DNA of 64,000 bases, from contig CAVRFW010000007.1 in NCBI GenBank assembly GCA_963720565.1, positions 56,404-120,403 of the forward strand, in the 5' to 3' direction. Under the pieces are notes generated by a model. It was given only the letters and a program-made list of their open reading frames with translations. It was not told the DNA's origin and searched no databases. The translations under genes and the position numbers were made by a program. This DNA is from Candidatus Bathyarchaeota archaeon. GTDB taxonomy: Archaea; Thermoproteota; Bathyarchaeia; Bathyarchaeales; Bathycorpusculaceae. How positions within the stretch are numbered: the stretch's first letter is position 1; each line of letters begins with the position of its first letter. Of this stretch, positions 1 to 10,184 are shown piece by piece.

Positions 1-3
1 TAC

Positions 4-243
4 GTGCTAGACGGTATAGGCATGGGACCTATTTCCGGGAATTTGACTTTGACTGGATTGTCCCTTGGTAAACATGAAATAACAGTTATCGTTTGGACTG
101 TGAGGGGAGTTTTTTCTCAAACAGTCTACTTCAGCGTTTCGGAGCCAGAGCCTTTCCCAACCCCGCTGGTCATAAGCTTCGTAATCGCATTGATTGCTGT
201 TGGCTTGGGTTTGCTGGTTTACTTCAAGAAACGCAAGCGTTAA
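4..243 (+). CDS. C-terminal end of a surface protein (Ig-like domain + EPFPT-TM-KKR anchor), truncated by window start
   Basis: LDG...NLTLTGLSLGKHEITV Ig-like motif, then EPEPFPTPLV...GLGLLVYFKKRKR. Confidence 0.85.
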   Translation: MLDGIGMGPISGNLTLTGLSLGKHEITVIVWTVRGVFSQTVYFSVSEPEPFPTPLVISFVIALIAVGLGLLVYFKKRKR

Positions 244-422
244 GCAGAATTGTTGAGTCAATAAAGTTTTACAAAAACGATTTTATCACGCCGTCACCCC
301 GATGTAACTGGGAACAGACATGAACAAGAATGCGGGAGTGTTAATCGTTCCGGTTCTCCTAACTTCGCCTTTCTATGCGCAGCCTAATGCAGCTTTTGCT
401 GCCTCTGGAGGTGAAGAACGCA

Positions 423-1133
423 ATGAGTAAACTCAAAGAGATTGCACTATTCATCGTCATAACTGTAATAATTGCTGTACCCCTCTACTTCCTTACCCTC
501 ACTGGCTACAGCTACGGTACTACTGACAAGTGGATCTTGATTGCGTTGAACGTGGTTTTCCTTGCCCTCTTTCTCCTGTTTCTACCCTTCAAGAAGAAGG
601 TGGCGCGTCTGCCCAACAGCGTCTATCTCGCCTTCATACTAGCTCTCTACGTGGAGATGTATGGCATCCCACTGACAATGTTTCTGTTCGCAGGCTTCTT
701 CGGACAAAACAACATATTCTCGCTCGAGTTCCTCCTCGCAGGCGTGGTAGGTCAAGAAACGTTCTACCGCGTTTTCAACACCTACATCTTTCCCCTGTCC
801 AAAATCATTATGGGCATAGGCATACTGCTGATCATTTACGGTTGGAGGGCAATCTACAAGGGTAGAAAAGAAGGCAAGCTTGTGACCACAGGCCTCTATG
901 GCGTCATCCGCAACCCGCAATACGTAGGCTTCCTGTTGATCACTCTGGGGTTAAATGTGATGTGGCTGACCATAATCACGCTCATACTCTGGCCTATACT
1001 GGCAGTGCTTTACTGGCAGCTCTCAAAAAGAGAAGACAAAGACATGGAGAAACAGTTTGGGCAAGAATTCGTAGATTACAAGAATAGGGTTCCAGGCTTT
1101 TTCCCACGCTTGCGGAAGCGTTCTGCCTCTTAG
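423..1133 (+). CDS. Isoprenylcysteine carboxyl methyltransferase / phospholipid methyltransferase family membrane protein
   Basis: Multiple TM helices; LVTTGLYGVIRNPQYVG and E..M...FGQEF..Y...VP motifs; GGAGGTG RBS before ATG 423. Confidence 0.85.
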   Translation: MSKLKEIALFIVITVIIAVPLYFLTLTGYSYGTTDKWILIALNVVFLALFLLFLPFKKKVARLPNSVYLAFILALYVEMYGIPLTMFLFAGFFGQNNIFSLEFLLAGVVGQETFYRVFNTYIFPLSKIIMGIGILLIIYGWRAIYKGRKEGKLVTTGLYGVIRNPQYVGFLLITLGLNVMWLTIITLILWPILAVLYWQLSKREDKDMEKQFGQEFVDYKNRVPGFFPRLRKRSAS

Positions 1134-1241
1134 GAGAGAAGAGATGCGCTATCTTGCATTTCAATCTCTCCCGGGAAAAACCGCTGGATTATGGAAACCC
1201 CCAGAAATAAGCATGGCGACAAAAGTGGATGGAGACTAGGC

Positions 1242-3428
1242 ATGAAAGTAGTACACGAAATAATGTTAACATTGTTGCTGACCAGCGTGTTAACATTACC
1301 TTTCTCCGTTGAACTCGTTCGATCCGAAGCATTAACCATTGTCATTATGGCTGATGGGACAATTGCCCCTTCAACAGCACCCTTTCTTCGGGATGGAAAC
1401 CGTTACGCGTTTACCGGCAACGTTTTTGGCGAAATTGTGGTGGAGAAAAGCAACGTAACAGTGGATGGAAACGGGTATACTCTTCAGGGTTCAGGAAGCG
1501 GAAGTGGGATCAAACTGGCAGGAGTAAATGGCGTCACGATACAGAACACAAATATCCAAAGCTTCACATCCGGCCTCTGGTTTGACGGTTCTTCTGGAAA
1601 CACAGTCTTTTCAAACACAATAGCAAACTGCAGCTATGATGGAATTCGTCTTGACGGATCTTCTGGCAATACCATCTCCAGCAACACAATTAAAGACAAC
1701 TATCAGAGCATCCGCCTTCATAGCTCTCCAGACAACAACATCTACAGGAATGTTATAACAAACAGCTACCACGCCGTCTTTTTGCACAGTTCCTCTGACA
1801 ACACCATCTCCGAGAACACGATAACAAACATTTACCTTAGAGGCTTCGAACTCTACAGTTCTTCAGACTTCAACACTATATCCAAAAACAACTTGACAAA
1901 CAGCTTCAGAAGCATATGGCTTTCTGTTTCTTTCAATAACACTTTTTTTGGTAACACAATAACAGGAAACAACTACGAGGGTTTCTCCTTCTACGGTGCA
2001 TCCAACAACACCATTTCCGGAAACACCATAACAAACAGCAACTATGACGGCATTTCCCTCTACGGTTCTTCGGAATCTAACACAATAATCCAGAACACCT
2101 TCAGGGACAATTATCACGGAATCAACTTGCATGATCACTCAAGATTCAACGTGATTTCCGAAAACACGATAACGAACAGCAACCGCGGCATCCACCTTCA
2201 TGGATCTTCACAACTCAACACCATCAATGGAAATACCATAACAAACAATTACGAGGGCATTTACCTCGACAGTTCTACAGAGCTTAACACAGTTTCCCAA
2301 AACATTATAACCGACAGTAACCGCGGCATATACCTAGATGGTTCCTCCAAAAATAGTATTTCCAATAACACCTTAACAAGCAACACCGAAGGAATCTCAT
2401 TGTATGGCTCTTCTGAATTAAACGCCATCTCTGGAAACATAATAACAAAGAACGACTATGACGGCATCCACATCTACGATTCCCGATACAACACAGTCTC
2501 TGAAAACATCCTGACTGAAAACTATAATGGCATCTATCTAGATGGTTCCTCCAACAACACTGTTTCCGCAAATTCTATAGAAAATAATGGCAATGATGGC
2601 ATATGCCTAGATGATTATTCTGACTCCAACATTGTATCTGGAAACCTATTGAGAAACAATGGTTACGACGGCATCTATATCTATGGTTACTCAAAATTCA
2701 ATTTCATCTCAGCTAACACGATAAGGGACAATGGCTACGACGGCGTCTTCCTTTATTGTTCTGACAACAACACAATCTCCCAGAGCGTGATAGCGAACAA
2801 CTTCAGAGGGATCTTTTTCTGGAATTCTTCAGGAAACATCATCTCTGGAAACGCAATAGCAGACAACCGCTATGACGGCATGTGCCTCCACGGCGCTTAT
2901 AACAAAATCTTCGGAAATAACATAACAGACAGCAATTACGACGGCATTGGCCTTCACGGTGCATTCAACGTAATATTCGGAAACAACATATCGGGCAGCG
3001 ACTATGACGGCATCCACATCTATGATTCAGTTTACAACACGGTTTTCCATAACAACCTCGTCAACAATACACTTTCTGCTCGCTTATCAGACAGCACCAG
3101 TAGTTTGGACGGAGGCTATCCTTCAGGCGGTAATTATTGGAGCGACTACACAGGAATCGATGAGTATTCTGGCGCTAATCAAGATAAGCCGGGTAGCGAT
3201 GGCATAGGCGACACCCCATATGTTATCGATGAAAACAACCAAGACAATTACCCGCTAATGGCGCCATTTGCAGGCGATAACGACGACATAGTGTTGCCCA
3301 CTGAAGAAGTGTTTCCGTTAGCGCAGGTTGTTGTTGCTTCTCTAATTTTTGCTGCTGCTGGTGTGGTTCTGCTGGTTTATTTCCAGAAACGCCAGAAGGA
3401 CAAGAATTTATGCAGAACAAGGCAATAG
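1242..3428 (+). CDS. NosD/CASH parallel beta-helix repeat surface protein with C-terminal TM anchor
   Basis: Signal peptide, many GIxLxxSSxNTIxxNxI repeats, GGNYWSDY...DGIGDTPY motif, VFP-TM-YFQKR tail. Confidence 0.9.
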   Translation: MKVVHEIMLTLLLTSVLTLPFSVELVRSEALTIVIMADGTIAPSTAPFLRDGNRYAFTGNVFGEIVVEKSNVTVDGNGYTLQGSGSGSGIKLAGVNGVTIQNTNIQSFTSGLWFDGSSGNTVFSNTIANCSYDGIRLDGSSGNTISSNTIKDNYQSIRLHSSPDNNIYRNVITNSYHAVFLHSSSDNTISENTITNIYLRGFELYSSSDFNTISKNNLTNSFRSIWLSVSFNNTFFGNTITGNNYEGFSFYGASNNTISGNTITNSNYDGISLYGSSESNTIIQNTFRDNYHGINLHDHSRFNVISENTITNSNRGIHLHGSSQLNTINGNTITNNYEGIYLDSSTELNTVSQNIITDSNRGIYLDGSSKNSISNNTLTSNTEGISLYGSSELNAISGNIITKNDYDGIHIYDSRYNTVSENILTENYNGIYLDGSSNNTVSANSIENNGNDGICLDDYSDSNIVSGNLLRNNGYDGIYIYGYSKFNFISANTIRDNGYDGVFLYCSDNNTISQSVIANNFRGIFFWNSSGNIISGNAIADNRYDGMCLHGAYNKIFGNNITDSNYDGIGLHGAFNVIFGNNISGSDYDGIHIYDSVYNTVFHNNLVNNTLSARLSDSTSSLDGGYPSGGNYWSDYTGIDEYSGANQDKPGSDGIGDTPYVIDENNQDNYPLMAPFAGDNDDIVLPTEEVFPLAQVVVASLIFAAAGVVLLVYFQKRQKDKNLCRTRQ

Positions 3429-4486
3429 CACTAACACTTATCTTGTCTCTCTTTTGCCTACCGCCTGTTAGAGCTTTTGAGGTAACGGCCACTTTGACTT
3501 TGGAGAATCCAGGCGGTTATTACGGCGTGGCTTATGATTCTGGCAAAGGAGAAGTCTTTTTGACCAATGTGGATTTCGATTTGGTCTACGTAATTTCAGA
3601 CAGTAACAATGCAGTAGTCGCAAGTATACCCGTGGGGAGACAGCCTGTGGGAATAGCTTATGATTCTGCGAAGGGTGAACTATTCGTTGCCAATTATGGT
3701 TCCAATTCGGTTTCGGTTATTTCGGACAGTAACAATACCGTAATTGCAGACATACCCTGTGGGACCGCGCCCTTTGCCGTGGCTTATGATTCCGGTAAGG
3801 GCGAAATCTTCGTGTCCAACTATAATTCTAGTTCTGTCTCGGTGATATCGGATAGCACCTATACCGTAGTCGCAAACATAAGCGTGGGAATTCAACCCTG
3901 TGCTCTAGCCTATGATTCGGGTAAAGGAGAGATATTTGTGGGGCATGCTGGCTGCAATCAGGTTTTGGTGATATCGGACACCACTTACGCCGTTGTCGCA
4001 AACATAACTGTGCAAGATCCCTTGAGTTTGGTTTATGATTCCGGTAAAGGAGAAGTCTTTGTGGCTAACTATAATTCAAGTTCGGTCTCAATTATATCAG
4101 ACGCTACAAACCAGATTGTTGCAACCGTAAATGTGGGAGCAAATCCCGTAGGTATCGCGTATGATTCGGGTAATGGCCAAGTCTATGTGGCAAATTACAA
4201 TTCGAGCTCGGTCTCAGTGATATCCGACAGTAACAATACTGTAATTGCAAATGTAGCTCTGGAAAGCCATCCGCAGGGTATAGGTTTTGATTCTGGTAAG
4301 GGAGAGATATTTGTGACTTATTCTGAAAGCAACAGGATTTCGGTGATATCAATTTCCTCTATCCCACTGCCCGGTCCATCCGTTCCGGAGTATCCAATAT
4401 GGACGATTCTGCCTTTGACTGCCATATTACTAGGGGTCTTGTGTGCTGGCTTGCTGGTTTACGTCAAGAAACGCCACAAGCTCTGA
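3410..4486 (+). CDS. YVTN/YncE-family beta-propeller surface protein with VPEYP-TM-KKR tail
   Basis: Repeated AYDSGKGEIFVANYNSSSVSVISD blades, signal peptide, C-terminal TM. Confidence 0.9.
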   Translation: MQNKAIALTLILSLFCLPPVRAFEVTATLTLENPGGYYGVAYDSGKGEVFLTNVDFDLVYVISDSNNAVVASIPVGRQPVGIAYDSAKGELFVANYGSNSVSVISDSNNTVIADIPCGTAPFAVAYDSGKGEIFVSNYNSSSVSVISDSTYTVVANISVGIQPCALAYDSGKGEIFVGHAGCNQVLVISDTTYAVVANITVQDPLSLVYDSGKGEVFVANYNSSSVSIISDATNQIVATVNVGANPVGIAYDSGNGQVYVANYNSSSVSVISDSNNTVIANVALESHPQGIGFDSGKGEIFVTYSESNRISVISISSIPLPGPSVPEYPIWTILPLTAILLGVLCAGLLVYVKKRHKL

Positions 4487-4561
4487 TTGTATGCTGACTG
4501 CGTTCCTGTGGCGGAACAATGTGTTCCTTGAGTAGAACTATATAGGATCTTTACCAGTGTA

Positions 4562-5434
4562 TTGGAGATGATTGCAGTGCGAAAGACAACAAAGTTTCTA
4601 AGCTTCATTATCTTAGGATTACTTGCTGCTTCATTGCTTGATTTTCAATCTGTAAAAGCACAATATGCTGATGATGGAAGACCATTCCCCCTTGCTTCAC
4701 CAATTGAAATAACTTCACCATCTAACAGCACATATGATTCAGGGTTATTGATGCTCGATATCAGTTTCAAATTGATGCTCAATGTTGAAAAGACAAACAT
4801 AACAGTGCTTTACAGCCTGGATGGAAAAGAAAACACCACTGTCGCAGTATCAACAAAACTCTTTCCAGTAGAAACAACAATAACTTATGCAAACGGCTCA
4901 ACACAAACTGGCATTTCATCACTATTCTCTTATTACATCATCAATGCAAGCGTGGCTTTGCCAGAACTCCCTGAAGGTTTTCACAGCATATCAGTCTATG
5001 GAAGATATGAGCATGTTGGCGGCTCCAATTACAATGTGCATGATAGTAGCAGGGTTTGCTTTACAATCAATAATGGTAAGGCTCCAGTCATATCAAGTCT
5101 AAGTCTTGAAAACATAACTTACAGTCAAGATAATTTGAACTTGAATTTTACGGTTGACGAGTCAACTTCATGGATGGGTTATTGTTTGGATGAACAGGCT
5201 AACGTTACTTTGACTGGGAATTTCACGCTCACACAGCTGCCCTATGGCTCACACACAATAACTATTTACGCAAATGACACGGTTGGAAACATGGGCTCCT
5301 CTGCAACGATCAACTTCAGCATAGCACAACCGTTCCCAACTGCACTTGCCCTGTCATCCGCAGGCGTAGTGGCTATTGTCGGTTTGGGTCTTCTGGTTTA
5401 CCACAAGAAACGCTACAAGCTCAAGATTACATGA
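4562..5434 (+). CDS. Secreted Ig-like-domain surface protein with QPFPT-TM-KKR anchor
   Basis: Signal peptide; ITSPSN..Y, YSLDG and HTITIYANDTVGNMG Ig-like motifs; shared tail. Confidence 0.8.
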   Translation: MEMIAVRKTTKFLSFIILGLLAASLLDFQSVKAQYADDGRPFPLASPIEITSPSNSTYDSGLLMLDISFKLMLNVEKTNITVLYSLDGKENTTVAVSTKLFPVETTITYANGSTQTGISSLFSYYIINASVALPELPEGFHSISVYGRYEHVGGSNYNVHDSSRVCFTINNGKAPVISSLSLENITYSQDNLNLNFTVDESTSWMGYCLDEQANVTLTGNFTLTQLPYGSHTITIYANDTVGNMGSSATINFSIAQPFPTALALSSAGVVAIVGLGLLVYHKKRYKLKIT

Positions 5435-5480
5435 AGATTTGTCTAAACTAAAATCTAAACGACCTCTTGAAAAAGAGACT
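5430..5480 (+). repeat. Element B (array-terminal repeat) copy
   Basis: ATGAAGATTTGTCTAAACTAAAATCTAAACGACCTCTTGAAAAAG; similar to 16691-16755, 21291-21325, 22879-22947, 38310-38375. Confidence 0.75.
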
Positions 5481-5561
5481 TTCAATCAGTCGACCTTTAA
5501 GTTCTACGAGTGAAATGTTCAGTAAAGCGGGGGATTAGGCAACTTTTCCCCAGTAGCAGCG

Positions 5562-6392
5562 TCAATCAACAATGGGAACAAGTGTCCCTGAGCGAATGTA
5601 CCCAGAGGGTTCAGTAACGACTATCTGCCAGACATACTTGTAAACCACACCTTCCCCGTAGACAGGAGAGTAATCTGACGGCGGAACAGTAATCGGACTA
5701 ATATCGACCACAATTGGCCCAGTGAAGTTATGTCCATCAAGGTCAGTAACCTGTTTCAACGTCCTCAGATAGGCCCCCACTCTCATGCCCTGAAGTGAAG
5801 TCTTGTTCCAACCGCCAGCTCGTAACCCTAGCTGCAGAGCACGATACACTGACACAGAAGGTGAGAATGAAGAATTAACGTTTATGTAGGGAATCACTCC
5901 GAATTCATCATAGTACGCCATTGCCTCAACGTCGATTGCTTTCAAACGCTCATTTTCCCTCTGAAGGTCAAGAGCCTGAGTGTACTCGTAAAAAGCGAAT
6001 GCTGTAGTGACTATCAACAAGGCTGAAAGCAACAGAGCCCCTGATTTCAATCCGACTTTCTGGATGGAGAGACGCCGATTAGCTCCTTTAAGATTCCCTG
6101 TCTCTCTGACAGATGACACGTTTTCCACTGTCTGGATTGTGAGCAAAGCATCTTTTCCTTGTTCGGAAAGGCAGTATTTTCCGTATTCGTCGGTCTTTAT
6201 TAGTCCATTGAGCTTGGTCAGGTGATGTTGAAGATGCCCGCTGCTTTCAATGGATACCTTCTTTTTTAAATCAGCAAAGCCGAGTGCTCCTTCACTTAGA
6301 ACCTTCAAGAGAACTATGCGAGTTGGATGCCCTAGTGCGTCAAATACCTCTGCACGCTGGCGGTCTTTTTCGACATCTTCGGGTTTTTCCAT
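5562..6392 (-). CDS. Membrane-anchored ArsR-type winged-helix regulator with extracellular domain (C-terminus probably frameshifted)
   Basis: FDALGHPTRIVLL...LQHHLTKL..LI wHTH, then a TM helix; an alternative frame at the end reads IDAATGEKLP (PepSY-like). Confidence 0.8.
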   Translation of the reverse strand: MEKPEDVEKDRQRAEVFDALGHPTRIVLLKVLSEGALGFADLKKKVSIESSGHLQHHLTKLNGLIKTDEYGKYCLSEQGKDALLTIQTVENVSSVRETGNLKGANRRLSIQKVGLKSGALLLSALLIVTTAFAFYEYTQALDLQRENERLKAIDVEAMAYYDEFGVIPYINVNSSFSPSVSVYRALQLGLRAGGWNKTSLQGMRVGAYLRTLKQVTDLDGHNFTGPIVVDISPITVPPSDYSPVYGEGVVYKYVWQIVVTEPSGYIRSGTLVPIVD

Positions 6393-6693
6393 TTTTAGCA
6401 GCCCTTTATGTAAAGGGCTCATTTTGATATTTAATTCCTCGTTTGTAGACCTGTCTAGAAATAGAGTGAGAGTTAAGTCCAGTTTTGTGGACCAAGACAA
6501 GCTAACCAGTTATTGTCTGTAGTTTTTTGTAAGATGTGATTTTAGGATCTGAATGTTAAGTTTGAAAGCCAATAGAGGAGCGAAAAAGCAGGGATGGAAC
6601 CAAGGTAGCGGCAGCCACGCGCGCCAATAGAGATTTTTTGGAAGACAATTCCGTAAGGCTTAAAGATTGTTGCTGCTGAAAAGATTAGTTTTC

Positions 6694-7119
6694 TCAAGAT
6701 TCCGATTTCTTGCATTGATTGCAATAGGTGTGTATTTCCAAATGTTGCTCAATATGCGAGTGATTCAATTCTGCAGTTATTTGTGACATGAAATCCCGAA
6801 TGGTTAGTGATTCATAATTTTGTATCTTTGCGCAGTTCTTGCAGACGATGTTGATGTGGGGTGAAGTGTCTGGATCATATCTGGTGATTCCGTCACGAAA
6901 GCCCAGTTCTTGTAGCATTCCAATCTCTGTGAGCAAGTGCAGTGTCTGATAGACGGTTGCCAAGCTGAGGGTTGGATATTTCTTCTGCATTGCATGGTGG
7001 ATGTGTTCAACTGTTGGGTGTTCTTTGCTCGAAAGGATCAGTTCGCAAATCGCCAGACGTTGGGGGGTAACCCTGAAGTCTTTCTCATGTAATTTGGCGA
7101 TGAGTTGTTGAGTGTTCAC
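6694..7119 (-). CDS. Fur/PerR family transcriptional repressor
   Basis: RVTPQR, HPT, SLATVYQTL, HINIVCKNC, CNQC motifs; divergent from catalase. Confidence 0.92.
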   Translation of the reverse strand: MNTQQLIAKLHEKDFRVTPQRLAICELILSSKEHPTVEHIHHAMQKKYPTLSLATVYQTLHLLTEIGMLQELGFRDGITRYDPDTSPHINIVCKNCAKIQNYESLTIRDFMSQITAELNHSHIEQHLEIHTYCNQCKKSES

Positions 7120-7178
7120 AGTTACTAACTGTGAACTAGGTTATATAAAATGTTTTGTAAGAAATAAGAATACTTAAA

Positions 7179-7193
7179 TAATAATGATTACAT
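7179..7193. promoter_or_regulatory. Per/Fur-box-like 7-1-7 operator
   Basis: TAATAAT-G-ATTACAT between the divergent Fur/PerR gene and catalase; resembles the Bacillus Per box TTATAATnATTATAA. Confidence 0.5.
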
Positions 7194-7235
7194 CTTTGTT
7201 ATGAGTTAAAGTAATAGGGAATGGAGATAGTGAAA

Positions 7236-8684
7236 ATGGAGAGCAAAAAACACTTGACAACCGACCAAGGCGTGCCGGTCACTGACAATCAAAACTCTTT
7301 AACCGTCGGTGAACGCGGTCCTGTCTTGCTGCAAGATGTTCAATTTATTGAGAAGATGGCTCATTTTGATAGAGAGCGTATCCCCGAACGAGTTGTTCAT
7401 GCCAAGGGGGCAGGAGCGCATGGGCATTTTCAAGTTTATAGAAACATGGCGGCCTACACCAAGGCGAAGTTCCTTCAAGATCCAGAGAAGAAAACCCCTG
7501 TCCTAGTAAGGTTTTCAACCGTGACCGGAGGAAGAGGCTCAGTTGATACTGCGCGAGATCCCCGGGGATTTGCCGTAAAGTTCTACACTGATGAGGGTAA
7601 CTACGACTTGGTCGGAAACAATCTGCCCGTGTTTTTCATCAGAGACGCTATCAAGTTCCCTGATATGGTGCATGCTTTTAAGGGTGAGCCTGATAGCAAC
7701 ATCCCGTCTTCTTCCTCTTCACATAACAACTTTTGGGAATTCATCTCTTTGACTCCTGAATCCACACACATGATCATATGGCTCTTTTCAGACCGAGGAA
7801 CCCCGAAAAGCTACAGGATGACCGAGGGCTTTGGTGTTAACACCTATGTCTGGGTGAATTCAGAAGGAAAGCGGGTTTATGTAAAATATCACTGGAAGCC
7901 GAAATTGGGTGTGCACAATCTTGACCGCCATGAAGCAACTAGGTTGGCGGGTGCCGATCCTGACTATCTGTCTCGTGACCTTTGGGATGCTATCGCCCGG
8001 GGTGAAGAGGTTGAGTATGAACTCTGCGTCCAGCTGATGGAAATTGAGGATGAATTGAAGCAGGATTTTGACCCACTGGATCCGACTAAAACCTGGCCCG
8101 AAAGTAAATTCCCACTCATGCCGGTTGGGAAAATGGTGTTGAATCGGAATCCCAGGAACTTTTTCGCTGAAATTGAGCAGGCGGCTTTCTGTCCAGCCAG
8201 TATTGTTCCAGGAGTAGACTTCTCAGCGGACAAGCTGCTTCAGGGTCGAACGTTCTCATATGCGGATACTCAGCGTCACAGATTGGGACCCAACTACCTG
8301 CAGATCCCTGTGAACCGTCCACTTGTTGAGGTCAACAACAACCGGCGCGATGGAGCCATGCAAATGGAAACTTACAGTGGTCGCGTGAATTATGAGCCCT
8401 CTACACTTGACGGCGGATCCCCCGTGGAAGCTCCGTCAGGAACCGCTTCCGCCTATTCTGTTGAGGGAGAGGTGGCCAAGAAGAAAATCAGTAAAACCAA
8501 CGATTTCCAACAAGCACGTGAGAAATATCTTTCCCTGAGCAAGATGGACCAGGAACATCTCGCCGATAATCTAATAGCCGATCTGACCCCTATCGAGAAA
8601 CAAATCCAGCTGCGAGCCATCGCGAATCTGACTAAGGCGGACCCGGAGCTCGGCAAAGCCGTGGCTGAGGGCTTGAAACTCTAA
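7236..8684 (+). CDS. katA: Monofunctional heme catalase (small subunit)
   Basis: FDRERIPERVVHAKGAG active-site signature and RTFSYADTQRHR heme-ligand signature. Confidence 0.97.
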   Translation: MESKKHLTTDQGVPVTDNQNSLTVGERGPVLLQDVQFIEKMAHFDRERIPERVVHAKGAGAHGHFQVYRNMAAYTKAKFLQDPEKKTPVLVRFSTVTGGRGSVDTARDPRGFAVKFYTDEGNYDLVGNNLPVFFIRDAIKFPDMVHAFKGEPDSNIPSSSSSHNNFWEFISLTPESTHMIIWLFSDRGTPKSYRMTEGFGVNTYVWVNSEGKRVYVKYHWKPKLGVHNLDRHEATRLAGADPDYLSRDLWDAIARGEEVEYELCVQLMEIEDELKQDFDPLDPTKTWPESKFPLMPVGKMVLNRNPRNFFAEIEQAAFCPASIVPGVDFSADKLLQGRTFSYADTQRHRLGPNYLQIPVNRPLVEVNNNRRDGAMQMETYSGRVNYEPSTLDGGSPVEAPSGTASAYSVEGEVAKKKISKTNDFQQAREKYLSLSKMDQEHLADNLIADLTPIEKQIQLRAIANLTKADPELGKAVAEGLKL

Positions 8685-8713
8685 AACTGACAAAAGAAGC
8701 GCACGCTGAAAAG

Positions 8714-8738
8714 ATAGGGCTAAAGTCGCCCTATTTTA
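8714..8738 (+). terminator. Hairpin + T tract after catalase
   Basis: ATAGGGC-TAAAGTC-GCCCTAT-TTT. Confidence 0.5.
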
Positions 8739-8867
8739 TCGCAAAAACCATCGTTAATCAGACGCAACAGGAACATCCTTAAATGAATCAACCTAGTCCA
8801 TCGTTTTTTTGTTTCCGCGCGCCAAGAATAGGACACTAATGCAGAGAAACTGCGGGGTCATTTTATT

Positions 8868-10184
8868 TTATTCAATTTCACGTTCTTTTTCAGCTTCGGA
8901 AATAAGACGTTCTTCATTCTCTTCTGCCGTTTTCGGAAGTAGCCCTTTCTTCTTCACCCACAACCACACCAACATCGTCGTAAAAATTGTAGACCCCACG
9001 ATTAGCGCGAGATACCAGCCCATATCCGCTGGACTGAATAAGAATATGTTAGTTTGAGACATCACAGTGGCTATGGTATTTGGCACGATAAATCCTGCAC
9101 TGAGGATCGCAAGAAATCCGGCGAGAAGCGTGATTCTATTGTTGAGTACAGTCAGTCGGTTGTTAAGCAACGTCAATCGATTGCTGTATTCCTGCATCTT
9201 GTTATTTTTTTCCTGGAGCAAATTATTCTTCTCCTGCAGTTTGTTGTTGAGGTCTGCTAGCTTGTTATTCTTTCCCTGGAGCACGTTATTTCTGTCCTGG
9301 AGCAGGTTATTCCTCTCCTGCAGCTGATTATTGTGTATAGACTGCAAACATTCGAGCCCCGACGCAAGAACATCAGACAGGTGTTCTGCCAAGCTTAGCT
9401 GGTCACGTACTTCTCTTATCAATAGGCTTATCTTATCAAGCACTTGAGGGTCATCAGACACAAGGTCGGCGTCGCCGTAGCGGAGTGAATTTAGCGTATC
9501 CGAAGTTCCCCAGAGGCAGGAGAGATATCTTACGAGTGTGAGCTTTATCTGGTAGATCTGATCGCCGACTGCGCTGCGCACAATGCTTTCGTCCTTGAGG
9601 TCTTTAGTCAAGCCCTCGCTCCATTTGTCAATTTCCTGAAGCTGCTCGAAATTCCTCTCGTTGTTTTCATCTAGGAGTCGGATGAGCAACAGCGTAAGCA
9701 AATCGGTTTTTTTGAGGTCCCGTGGAAGTCGCCTCAAGAAAGCTTCCGCATAACGGTGTAGATTGCGGTAGACGTGAGTTTTGTTGCTGCGTATTGTCGT
9801 TATGAGGTTCTTCTTGAGAAGCATAAGTACTGGATTTATCGTGATGTCAAAACTCTTCGCGCTGATTGCTGGGAGAAGCAAACCCATCTCGGTGTCATAG
9901 TCTTCGTAGCCTCCCTGGAAACGTGTTCCATCCCCCAATCGAGTCAGAAGTTGCTTTATTAGCAATTCTGAAAAGCCGAATTTGACTCCTGTTTCCACAG
10001 CTTCCTTTTCAAAGTCGTCCAGCTTAACATCTACCCACGCGATTGATGCCTGCTCTATTAGAGGGAGGAAATCTTCAAAATTTTTTGAACGTTTGCTCTG
10101 TGTGCCACCACTTGTAAGTGTGAAGCAAAAACTAAGGTTTTTTTCTTCGGAAAGAGTGCCAGTTTTATCCTGCAAGTCAGCCAT
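8868..10184 (-). CDS. CorA-like divalent cation transporter with heptad-repeat expansion
   Basis: WVDV N-terminal domain, long stalk helix, two C-terminal TMs (P-T-I-A-T-V-M-S before loop); canonical GMN absent. Confidence 0.75.
   Translation of the reverse strand: MADLQDKTGTLSEEKNLSFCFTLTSGGTQSKRSKNFEDFLPLIEQASIAWVDVKLDDFEKEAVETGVKFGFSELLIKQLLTRLGDGTRFQGGYEDYDTEMGLLLPAISAKSFDITINPVLMLLKKNLITTIRSNKTHVYRNLHRYAEAFLRRLPRDLKKTDLLTLLLIRLLDENNERNFEQLQEIDKWSEGLTKDLKDESIVRSAVGDQIYQIKLTLVRYLSCLWGTSDTLNSLRYGDADLVSDDPQVLDKISLLIREVRDQLSLAEHLSDVLASGLECLQSIHNNQLQERNNLLQDRNNVLQGKNNKLADLNNKLQEKNNLLQEKNNKMQEYSNRLTLLNNRLTVLNNRITLLAGFLAILSAGFIVPNTIATVMSQTNIFLFSPADMGWYLALIVGSTIFTTMLVWLWVKKKGLLPKTAEENEERLISEAEKEREIE

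Noticed and set aside
1560..3060. Diversity-generating retroelement repeats within NosD or YVTN genes
   Set aside because: The repeats are ordinary protein-domain repeats. No reverse transcriptase and no TR/VR pair with adenine-specific differences was seen.
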